Origin: Macrostomum hystrix
Lineage: Eukaryota; Animalia; Platyhelminthes
Reading direction: 5' to 3'
Assembly: GCA_950097015.1 (NCBI GenBank)
Contig: CATNEN010000001.1
Location: 8,804,001-8,868,000, forward strand
DNA: 64,000 nt
Shown here one piece after another: positions 37,501 to 45,700 of the stretch. Made by a program: the position numbers and the translations under genes. Position 1 is the first letter of the stretch. Every line of letters begins with the position of its first letter. The notes beneath the pieces were generated by a model that made no database searches, had not been told where the DNA came from, and saw only the letters and a program-made list of their open reading frames with translations.

Positions 37501-38064
37501 AACAGTAGAAAGACAAGAAATACAGATGATTTCCTGTTTCTGTATCTCCCAAAATATTCAACAAACAGACATGAAAATCCAAAACATAGGTCACATCGGC
37601 ATCACATGTCAGCTAGTATATTGTTGAATATATTTTATTAGTCAACTCGAGGTTGTAGCCTAATGGTTAGGTCGTCGGACTCACGACTTGAAAGTCTTCA
37701 AGTTCTTCATAATCTAAGGATAATCTGTTTATTTTGTATCAGTAAAGCACGATTAGCTAATGGATTTTCGAGTAGGTCATAGAGCTGTGACACTGCATTC
37801 AGTGTCGAATGTAGATGTACTTCTGCTATCTTCTGTTGCCATACTTCTAGAAAATCTACCGTCCGTACATAATAAAACTTCCACCGCATTTTAAACTGCA
37901 AAATGCTTCGTTAATACTTAGAGTAAATGATACTATTTATGATTATTTAGAAAACGATTCAAATTCGTTTCTGCACGAAACTCACCGAATAAAATGAACT
38001 TGTCGTTGATAAATTCAACAGCTGTGATTGGCAGATGTGTGGCCACTGTTTCAAAGTCACACAT
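9761..38064 (-). CDS. WDR6: WD repeat-containing protein 6 (Trm734/Rtt10 orthologue; tRNA 2'-O-methylation cofactor), 20 exons, about 1189 aa
   Basis: Exons 5'->3': 37986-38064, 34348-34452, 33650-33728, 33470-33542, 33269-33387, 32374-32599, 30533-30793, 29319-29432, 29158-29250, 28943-29004, 28236-28426, 27554-27726, 25784-25981, 23426-23608, 21827-21979, 20806-20994, 20228-20276, 11964-12062, 10766-11264, 9761-10385. All phases are compatible (3570 nt). WDR6 motifs occur in order: LPITAVEF..FGEG, GVIYSI..TASDDRSIVIW, GHESRVW..SIGEDC, VTGGNDG, LGDRSG, SCGKDG, LLGFHG, DCGGGHRCWDF, GLHG, ATGSEDC, GHASSVRCL, SGGGRG, AVGQGLQ. Confidence 0.92.
11285..11812. repeat. 36-bp minisatellite (AGATGTCTATAGATGGATTGATCTAGATACGTCGCT)n, WDR6 intron 18
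   Basis: Tandem units containing palindromes TCTATAGA and ATCTAGAT. Confidence 0.92.
12082..12727. repeat. 20/22-bp minisatellite (GAGA[GA]GTGACAGTCTGGGTGGA)n
   Basis: Tandem units differing by one GA dinucleotide. Confidence 0.96.
12955..13917. repeat. ~21-22-bp polypyrimidine minisatellite (CCCTGTTCTCCTCTCCTTTCT-like)
   Basis: Tandem, moderately diverged units. Confidence 0.92.
14640..15760. repeat. 20-bp minisatellite (GGAGATCTGGTAGATTCTGA)n
   Basis: Strict 20-bp register across ~55 units; degenerate left edge. Confidence 0.95.
15857..16750. repeat. 20-bp minisatellite (CTAGTAGGGGAATAGAGTAG)n
   Basis: Nearly homogeneous, ~45 units. Confidence 0.97.
17133..17474. repeat. 20-bp minisatellite (GTTGTAGCGGAAGCTGTAAG)n
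   Basis: About 17 tandem units. Confidence 0.96.
17990..18530. repeat. 20-bp purine-rich minisatellite (AGTAGAGAGCGGAAANNGAG)n
   Basis: About 27 tandem units. Confidence 0.94.
19027..19519. repeat. Compound (CAG/CAA/GAA) trinucleotide tract with repeated GTTGTGGTATTTTTAGTAGTAA spacers, followed by (CA)n
   Basis: Visible microsatellite; gives the poly-A/L/C/S ORFs. Confidence 0.93.
20006..20048. repeat. (CA)n(CT)n microsatellite
   Basis: Direct observation. Confidence 0.9.
20450..20766. repeat. 21-bp minisatellite (GGATAGATAAAGACAGATATG)n, WDR6 intron 16
   Basis: Homogeneous at the right end, degenerate at the left. Confidence 0.88.
21048..21802. repeat. ~33-41-bp minisatellite CCCCAGTGTCTCACCCACTCTCCCA(CCTA)n, WDR6 intron 15
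   Basis: Tandem units with a variable internal CCTA tetramer. Confidence 0.94.
22158..22380. repeat. 24-bp (2x12) minisatellite (CCTGGTGCGATTCTAGCTACGATT)n
   Basis: Tandem units related to the arrays at 42750 and 50655. Confidence 0.88.
22703..23273. repeat. Purine-rich minisatellite based on the 13-mer GAGAAGGGCGAGG
   Basis: Tandem units. Confidence 0.92.
23822..24245. repeat. 27-bp minisatellite (GGAAATCCTTCTCCCTCGGTTGCTATG)n
   Basis: Tandem units; gives the NPSPSVAMG ORF artefact. Confidence 0.9.
24844..25748. repeat. 16-bp minisatellite (GTTAGACAGGATACCT)n
   Basis: About 56 units; shares the TGTTAGACA core with the 1-1842 array. Confidence 0.95.
26735..27500. repeat. 25-bp minisatellite (CCCAATCATTTATCCCATTGTCTTC)n
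   Basis: About 30 tandem units. Confidence 0.96.
29505..30442. repeat. 19-bp minisatellite (ATAATTTGAAACTGAGGGG)n, WDR6 intron 7
   Basis: Diverged tandem units. Confidence 0.92.
30848..32282. repeat. 31-bp minisatellite (AAGAAAGTTCAAGCGTAGAATTATCTGGGGG)n, WDR6 intron 6
   Basis: About 46 tandem units. Confidence 0.96.
32600..33268 (-). other. U12-type (minor spliceosome) GT-AG intron, WDR6 intron 5
   Basis: Donor GTATCCTTTC (33268->33259); branch-like TCGCTTAAT just upstream of the AG with no polypyrimidine tract; in-frame join EHCFL/TVAKF. Confidence 0.85.
32724..33240. repeat. 19-bp minisatellite (GATGGGTCAAGATCCCAAA)n inside the U12 intron
   Basis: Tandem units. Confidence 0.93.
33810..34280. 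repeat. 24/25-bp minisatellite (AAACTGAGGATCTGGGATT...)n, WDR6 intron 2
   Basis: The unit switches from 24 to 25 bp along the array. Confidence 0.93.
34835..35445. repeat. 18-bp minisatellite in two blocks (CAGTAGACAAGAGAGGGA and GAGTAGATAAGAGTGGGA)
   Basis: Tandem units. Confidence 0.94.
35867..37471 (+). CDS. Small four-TM membrane protein (PMP22/EMP/claudin-like superfamily, about 184 aa), nested antisense in WDR6 intron 1
   Basis: Exons 35867-36137 (G|gtgagt) and 37188-37471 (gacag|TG) join in phase. Four hydrophobic segments; AFLIIGLL and LAWSVAMATIGG resemble PMP22/claudin TM2 and TM4; polar C-tail. Probable 62-nt 5'UTR intron at 35797-35858. Confidence 0.72.
36290..36780. repeat. 21-bp minisatellite (TATCTAATCTCCTTCCTTTTG)n, interrupted by ~140 bp of unique sequence (~36408-36545)
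   Basis: Tandem units on both sides of the insert. Confidence 0.85.
37649..37705 (+). mobile_element. tRNA-derived SINE head or tRNA pseudogene fragment
   Basis: A-box-like TAGCCTAATGG, then GTCGGACTCACGACTTGAAAGTC...AGTTC; no complete T/acceptor stem; related copy at 63809. Confidence 0.5.
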
Positions 38065-38770
38065 TGCGAGTTTGTTTAAAAAATTGCACTCGCTTTCACG
38101 TTGAGATTGTGTTTAAAAGCACTGAAAAGATTGGTCGTTTCTTTGTTATTTTCTGTCTTTGACATCGGAAAATGTATAAATTAATAATAATATTAATCAA
38201 TTGAATATGAACTTTGTTTCGGCATTGAGTCCACTGATTTGACAAGCAGTTGACATTTGTTGAGATCTATTTTTAAACTTGCCGAACTAAAGTAGCTAGC
38301 TTAAGGATACAGCCTTTCTAATGCGCATAATTACAATAATAATTACAGGAGATTTGAAGAGAAATTCCCTATGAATTGTACTAAACGAAACCAAAATTTA
38401 AGTTAATCCGATAATTTGAAAAAGAGAAAAAACTAACAAACAGAAAACGGCAAGTCCAATTCAAGTCAGACAATCTAGACAACAACAGGCTTCATATTAT
38501 TGTTCTAGTTAACATTAGGAACATAATTCTTTTCATGGTTGTATTTGCTTTGCTTGAATAAAGTCCAGTGCCTTTAGGTACTCAGTGGGATTTTTATTGT
38601 CGCAAAACAGCAATAAATGCTATACTTATAAGTCCATACTTAAACAGAAAACATTCAATCAAACAAATGACCTACATTTCATTTGCAAAATTTAGTAAAT
38701 ACCTTAACAACCGCAATAAACTAGCTAACATTTTAGCTGCTAAAAATCATATTTCAAAATGATCATTAAA

Positions 38771-39583
38771 GTGATGTTCCTGGTGGGAGATGTTGGTCAG
38801 ATCCTGGTGGGAGATGTTGGTCAGATCCTGGTGGGAGATGTTGGTCAGATCCTGGTGGGTGATGTTGGTCAGATCCTGGTGGAGATGTTCGTTAGATCCT
38901 GGTGGGTGATGTTGGTCAGATCCTGGTGGGAGATGTTGGTCAGATCCTGGTGGGAGATGTTGGTCAGATCCTGGTGGGTGATGTTGGTCAGATCCTGGTG
39001 GGAGATATTGGTCAGATCCTGGTGGGAGATGTTCGTCAGATCCTGGTGGGTGATTTTGGTCAGATCCTGGTGGGTGATGTTGGTCAGATCCTGGTGGGAG
39101 ATGTTGGTCAGATCCTGGTGGGTGATGTTGGTCAGATCCTGGTGGGAGATGTTGGTCAGATCCTGGTGGGTGATGTTGGTCAGATCCTGGTGGGAGATGT
39201 TGGTCAGATCCTGGTGGGAGATGTTGGTTAGATCCTGGTGGGAGATGTTGGTCAGATCCTGGTGGGTGATGTTGGTCAGATCCTGGTGGGAGATGTTGGT
39301 CAGATCCTGGTGGGAGATGTTGGTCAGATCCTGGTGGGTGATGTTGGTCAGATCCTGGTGGGAGATGTTGGTCAGATCCTGGTGGGAGATGTTGGTCAGA
39401 TCCTGATGGGTGATGTTGGTCAGATCCTGGTGGGAGATGTTGGTCAGATCCTGGTGGGAGATGTTGGTCAGATCCTGGTGGGAGATGTTGGTCAGATCCT
39501 GGTGGGTGATGTTGGTCAGATCCTGGTGGGTGATGTTGGTCAGATCCTGGTGGGTGATGTTGGTCAGATCCTGGTGGGTGATA
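38771..39583. repeat. 24-bp minisatellite (GGAGATGTTGGTCAGATCCTGGTG)n between RBM19 and WDR6
   Basis: About 34 tandem units. Confidence 0.96.
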
Positions 39584-39707
39584 TCACTCAGTAGCTAAGG
39601 GGCTGTGACTTTCAGAACCCAAGTTAAAGCTCGTCGAATATGATCAATCGTTTAAAATTCGAATTCAAGCTGATAAAAAAAACAAGATCTGGTCACGGCA
39701 AGCAACA

Positions 39708-41918
39708 TTAAACACCGCCGCTGATATCGTCATCTCGGCTATCGAGTACCAGACGGCTGCGCTTGAGCACCGCACGTTCAGCTTCAACACTAGCAACTGC
39801 CCGTCGCCTGAGCGTTTCAACTTTCGCCTGACCGGCTTCGTCATCATCAGCGCCGCCGCTCAACTCCAGCAGCAGGCGTCGGCCGTAAAGATGCGAAGAG
39901 CCAGAGAGCTGCTCAACAGCACGCCGGGCACTCTCGGCGCTGACAAACTGAACGAATGCGAAGCCACGATGACCGCCCTCCGGTTTGACAGGCAGTCGAA
40001 CATTGCCGACAATTTCGCCAAACGGCGCAAGTAGAGCGCGCAGCTCTTTAGCGTTGGCCTGAAATGCCACATTGCGAATAAGTACTTTGCTGGCAGTCTG
40101 GCTGCTGGCTTCGTCTTCAGGTTGCTTCACTGTTTCATTTTGCTCAGTATCTTCTGATTCCTTCTGTTCTTCGTGCTTAGCCGACTGGCGAAGACAACCA
40201 ACGGGAGCCCATTCGAGATACAACGGTCGGTCAACGAATCGAGTGAACGCCGTGCGTCGATAAGCTGTCCTAGCCTCCTGAGGTGTTGCGTAGGCAACCA
40301 ACCCGGTGACACCATGCATGGGCGGTAGTACAACACTTTCTAGACCGGGAAAAGCCGAGTAGATCTTCTCTAATTGTTGTCGAGTTTCCGGGCCGGGTGG
40401 AAGATTCTTCACCAAAAACACCCTGTCCGACCGCTCGTCTGGTCCAGTTTTCTTACTTTGACCAAAGCTGGACAAATTGACGCCGTTCTCTTCTAAGAAG
40501 CGACGCGTTCGAGCAACTAAATCGGCTTCGCCGTGAGCTAAGCGAACGGCTACACTGGAGCCGTCGGCGCCGTCGCGTCGACCCTCCGATAAAAGCGTAG
40601 ACTTATCTTCGCCGAGTTGTTGCGAAACCAAGTTAGCCACAGTGTCGGCGCCTAGGAACAAAGCGTTCCAACTAGCCGAATGAGTGCCGCTGGCTGCACG
40701 CAGTTCAGCAGCTTTCTTGCGTTGAAAAGCGGTCAATGGGCGCTCACCAGTGGTGCGCATTTTTTTCGCTTCGGCCAGTTCTGCGTCTTCATCTTCGGGC
40801 TTACCGTCAGCCGGCAGTAGGTGCAAGTTTCTACCCATAAAATCGCTACCATCCAGAGCTTTATAGGCTTTCAGGGCGTGTTCAGGAAATAGATAACTGA
40901 CAAAAGCGAAGCCTTTGTTTCGCTTTAGCAAGGATTGATAAGAAAGATGCAATTCGCTGATTTCGCCGTAAGGCTCAAACAATGCTCGCAGTTCAGCTTC
41001 GGCGATATTGTAGGGCAAATTTCTGGCAAACAGGCGGCCAGTATCCAAGATTTTTTCTTTAATTTCCGATTGCGACTTTGGTTGCGATTGACCCGTCGAC
41101 TTTAAGCTAGATTTTGACTCTGATTTTGAAGCGGACGAATCTGTTGTAGAAGCTGGCGCGGAACCAGCAGGTTCGGAATCTGCAGCAACGCGCCTAACCA
41201 GAACCTTTTTCTTGCCCATAGCTTTTTTATTATACACACTGACAGCAGTTTGAGCATCAGCTTCGCTACTTAGTCGAGCATAGGCGCATCCAGTCCGAGC
41301 TATCTTCACTTTTTGCACAGACAATGGCTCGAAAAATTCTCGAATATTGCGCGCCTGAATGCCAGGCGGGCAGCCTTTCAATTTCACTACAAACTGACCG
41401 GTCAGAATGCCTCCACTATTTGACGTCTTAGAGGGTCCTTCGTCTGCTAGCTCTTCGTCTAACTCCGCGTCTTTGTCAATGGCAGCTTTCTTAGTCGTAT
41501 AAACATTTGCTTCTTCAGCGGTTGCGGCATTCGTTGAGTCAGCAGCCAGTTGGGAGCGGAAAGGTGGCGCCCTGCACGGCATGATCTGGATGCGGCTGGA
41601 GCCAATGAAAGCGCCATTCAACTGTTCCAGTGCTGACCTGGCCAACTCGGCCGAACGGAAGCCGACAAATGCAAAGTGACGAAATTTTCCATCTGCGTCA
41701 AATTTTAGCTGAACGTCGGTTAATTGACCAGGAATCACCTGGAATAGCTTTCTCAAGTCAGCCTCCGTAGTCTTATTTGGCAGGTTCTTCACAAACAGTC
41801 GAGTGGGTTGAGTCTCTGCTTCGGCATCGTTTTGATCTGGCTCTTGTTTGTCTGGAGCTCTCTGGTTCGGCTTTCTTTGTTGTTGCTGATTCGAATGTCT
41901 CTTTGAAGTTGGCTTCAT
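39708..41918 (-). CDS. RBM19: RNA-binding protein 19 / Mrd1 (multi-RRM 40S ribosome biogenesis factor), single coding exon, 736 aa
   Basis: Motifs TRLFVKNLP..GKFRHFAFVGF, DTGRLFARNLPY..KGFAFV, SWNALFLGADTVA, SVAVRLAHGEA, PLYLEWAP, SKVLIRNVAFQA..HRGFAFVQF..HLYGRRLLLE. Likely start is ATG 41918, just after a strong acceptor (ttttctcattctAG|aaATG), rather than 42014. Confidence 0.95.
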   Translation of the reverse strand: MKPTSKRHSNQQQQRKPNQRAPDKQEPDQNDAEAETQPTRLFVKNLPNKTTEADLRKLFQVIPGQLTDVQLKFDADGKFRHFAFVGFRSAELARSALEQLNGAFIGSSRIQIMPCRAPPFRSQLAADSTNAATAEEANVYTTKKAAIDKDAELDEELADEGPSKTSNSGGILTGQFVVKLKGCPPGIQARNIREFFEPLSVQKVKIARTGCAYARLSSEADAQTAVSVYNKKAMGKKKVLVRRVAADSEPAGSAPASTTDSSASKSESKSSLKSTGQSQPKSQSEIKEKILDTGRLFARNLPYNIAEAELRALFEPYGEISELHLSYQSLLKRNKGFAFVSYLFPEHALKAYKALDGSDFMGRNLHLLPADGKPEDEDAELAEAKKMRTTGERPLTAFQRKKAAELRAASGTHSASWNALFLGADTVANLVSQQLGEDKSTLLSEGRRDGADGSSVAVRLAHGEADLVARTRRFLEENGVNLSSFGQSKKTGPDERSDRVFLVKNLPPGPETRQQLEKIYSAFPGLESVVLPPMHGVTGLVAYATPQEARTAYRRTAFTRFVDRPLYLEWAPVGCLRQSAKHEEQKESEDTEQNETVKQPEDEASSQTASKVLIRNVAFQANAKELRALLAPFGEIVGNVRLPVKPEGGHRGFAFVQFVSAESARRAVEQLSGSSHLYGRRLLLELSGGADDDEAGQAKVETLRRRAVASVEAERAVLKRSRLVLDSRDDDISGGV

Positions 41919-42744
41919 TTCTAGAATGAGAAAATAAAAGCACAGAAGTTGAAGGGCTGAAACGCGAAATGTACACGGCGAAGAGTATATGACCGAAGCT
42001 ATTGCTGAGCGCATCTAAAGGCAGCGTACAAACTGTTCAGTCCATGGACTGGGGGGGGCGGAAGTCAAACCTAATGTTGCCTTGATGATGGAAACCAGAG
42101 AGTTTAATGCCGTACATATTGTGCCACTCTAACTGAGAAGCTAACTCTAGACCTCTACTAACTCTGGGCTATTATTGTTGTTATTGAGCATTATTGAGCA
42201 CACGCACACGAAGGAGCAACTGACAGTTACTTTGAAAATGAAAAAAAACTGGCCACTTTAGTCAACCGAATACTTGAAATGGCAACACATAATGAATGCT
42301 TTATTGCCGGTTGGTCTTTTAATACGAAACTCTCAATCATATGATTGTACAATTATTTATGTATAAGACATTTAGATATGCAGCGAAAACAAATATCAAG
42401 CTTAGCAGACAGCAGAAAATAGACAATGTTGTTGTATAGTTAGGGTTTTTGATGTAGCAAGCCAAAATGAAAAATTAACGCATTTTGCTTATTGAAAAAC
42501 AAACAAATTAGGCAAATCACTTAGTAAAACACAAAGACAACTAATTTAGCATTTTTGAGATACATTAAGCACTGTAATAAGGTAGTCACTGCGATTTTAG
42601 ATAAAACTTTTGCTGCGATTCTGCCTAATCTCATTATTACGATTCCTACTGTGCCTCAAGTGTTGTAGTAATTGTTGTATTGCTTCTTTCTACAATCTCT
42701 CTTGCGATTCTGGAAACTATTCTGGTGCCATATTTAGCTAAGAT

Positions 42745-45700
42745 TTCTCTTACGGTTCTAGTTACGATTCTTCTTGTGGTTCTAGTTACGATTCTTCTTG
42801 TGGTTCTAGTTACGATTCTTCTTGTGGTTCTAGTTACGATTCTGCTTACGGTTCTAGTTACGATTCTTTTACAGCTCTAGTTACGATTCTTCTTATGGTT
42901 CTAGTTACGATTCTTCTTACGGTTCTAGTTACGATTCTGCTTATGGTTCTAGTTACGATTCTTTTACAGCTCTAGTTACGATTCTTCTTATGGTTCTAGT
43001 TACGATTCTTCTTATGGTTCTAGTTACGATTCTGCTTACGGTTCTAGTTACGATTCTGCTTACGGTTCTAGTTACGATTCTTCTTATGGTTCTAGTTACG
43101 ATTCTTCTTACGGTTCTAGTTACGATTCTGCTTACGGTTCTAGTTACGATTCTTCTTATGGTTCTAGTTACGATTCTTCTTATGGTTCTAGTTACGATTC
43201 TTCTTACGGTTCTAGTTACGATTCTGCTTACGGTTCTAGTTACGATTCTTCTTATGGTTCTAGTTACGATTCTTCTTACGTTTCTAGTTACGATTCTTCT
43301 TATGGTTCTAGTTACGATTCTTCTTATGGTTCTAGTTACGATTCTTCTTACAGTTCTAGTTACGATTCTTCTTATGGTTCTAGTTACGATTCTTCTTATG
43401 GTTCTAGTTACGATTCTTCTTATGGTTCTAGTTACGATTGTTCTTACGGTTCTAGTTACGATTCTTCTTACGTTTCTAGTTACGATTCTTCTTATGGTTC
43501 TAGTTACGATTCTTCTTATGGTTCTAGTTACGATTCTTCTTACAGTTCTAGTTACGATTCTTCTTACAGTTCTAGTTACGATTCTTCTTACAGTTCTAGT
43601 TACGATTCTTCTTACAGTTCTAGTTACGATTCTTCTTACGGTTTTAGTTACGATTCTTCTTGTGGTTCTAGTTACGATTCTTCTTACAGTTCTAGTTACG
43701 ATTCTTCTTACGTTTCTAGTTACGATTCTTCTTATGGTTCTAGTTACGATTCTTCTTATGGTTCTAGTTACGATTCTTCTTACGTTTCTAGTTACGATTC
43801 TTCTTATGGTTCTAGTTACGATTCTTCTTACAGTTCTAGTTACGATTCTTCTTACGGTTTTAGTTACGATTCTTCTTGTGGTTCTAGTTACGATTCTTCT
43901 TATGGTTCTAGTTACGATTCTTCTTACGTTTCTAGTTACGATTCTTCTTACAGTTCTAGTTACGATTCTTCTTACGGTTCTAGTTACGATTCTTCTTGTG
44001 GTTCTAGTTACGATTCTTCTTACAGTTCTAGTTACGATTCTGCTTATGGTTCTAGTTACGATTCTTCTTACAGTTCTAGTTACGATTCTTCTTATGGTTC
44101 TAGTTACGATTCTTCTTGTGGTTCTAGTTACGATTCTTCTTACAGTTCTAGTTACGATTCTGCTTATGGTTCTAGTTACGATTCTTCTTACAGTTCTAGT
44201 TACGATTCTTCTTATGGTTCTAGTTACGATTCTTCTTATGGTTCTAGTTACGATTCTTCTTACAGTTCTAGTTACGATTCTTCTTATGGTTCTAGTTACG
44301 ATTCTTCTTATGGTTCTAGTTACGATTCTTCTTATGGTTCTAGTTACGATTCTTCTTACAGTTCTAGTTACGATTCTTCTTATGGTTCTAGTTACGATTC
44401 TTCTTATGGTTCTAGTTACGATTCTTCTTATGGTTCTAGTTACGATTCTTCTTATGGTTCTAGTTACGATTCTTCTTATGGTTCTAGTTACGATTCTTCT
44501 TACGGTTCTAGTTACGATTCTGCTTACGGTTCTAGTTACGATTCTTCTTATGGTTCTAGTTACGATTCTTCTTATGGTTCTAGTTACGATTCTTCTTATG
44601 GTTCTAGTTACGATTCTGCTTACGGTTCTAGTTACGATTCTGCTTACGGTTCTAGTTACGATTCTTCTTATGGTTCTAGTTACGATTCTTCTTATGGTTC
44701 TAGTTACGATTCTTCTTATGGTTCTAGTTACGATTCTTCTTATGGTTCTAGTTACGATTCTTCTTGTGGTTCTAGTTACGATTCTTCTTGTGGTTCTAGT
44801 TACGATTCTTCTTGTGGTTCTAGTTACGATTCTTCTTATGGTTCTAGTTACGATTCTTCTTATGGTTCTAGTTACGATTCTTCTTATGGTTCTAGTTACG
44901 ATTCTTCTTATGGTTCTAGTTACGATTCTTCTTATGGTTCTAGTTACGATTCTTCTTATGGTTCTAGTTACGATTCTTCTTATGGTTCTAGTTACGATTC
45001 TTCTTATGGTTCTAGTTACGATTCTTCTTATGGTTCTAGTTACGATTCTTCTTATGGTTCTAGTTACGATTCTTCTTACAGTTCTAGTTACGATTCTGCT
45101 TATGGTTCTAGTTACGATTCTTCTTATGGTTCTAGTTACGATTCTTCTTATGGTTCTAGTTACGATTCTTCTTATGGTTCTAGTTACGATTCTTCTTATG
45201 GTTCTAGTTACGATTCTTCTTATGGTTCTAGTTACGATTCTTCTTACAGTTCTAGTTACGATTCTTCTTATGGTTCTAGTTACGATTCTTCTTATGGTTC
45301 TAGTTACGATTCTTCTTATGGTTCTAGTTACGATTCTTCTTATGGTTCTAGTTACGATTCTTCTTATGGTTCTAGTTACGATTCTTCTTACAGTTCTAGT
45401 TACGATTCTTCTTATGGTTCTAGTTACGATTCTTCTTATGGTTCTAGTTACGATTCTTCTTATGGTTCTAGTTACGATTCTTCTTATGGTTCTAGTTACG
45501 ATTCTTCTTATGGTTCTAGTTACGATTCTTCTTATGGTTCTAGTTACGATTCTTCTTATGGTTCTAGTTACGATTCTTCTTATGGTTCTAGTTACGATTC
45601 TTCTTATGGTTCTAGTTACGATTCTGCTTACGGTTCTAGTTACGATTCTTTTACAGCTCTAGTTACGATTCTTCTTATGGTTCTAGTTACGATTCTTCTT

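Noticed and set aside
37649-37720. Functional tRNA gene
   Set aside because: No complete cloverleaf; T-arm and acceptor stem are missing
41919-42014. N-terminal 32 aa of the 768-aa RBM19 ORF
   Set aside because: Reads through a polypyrimidine tract and acceptor; probably intron or outron
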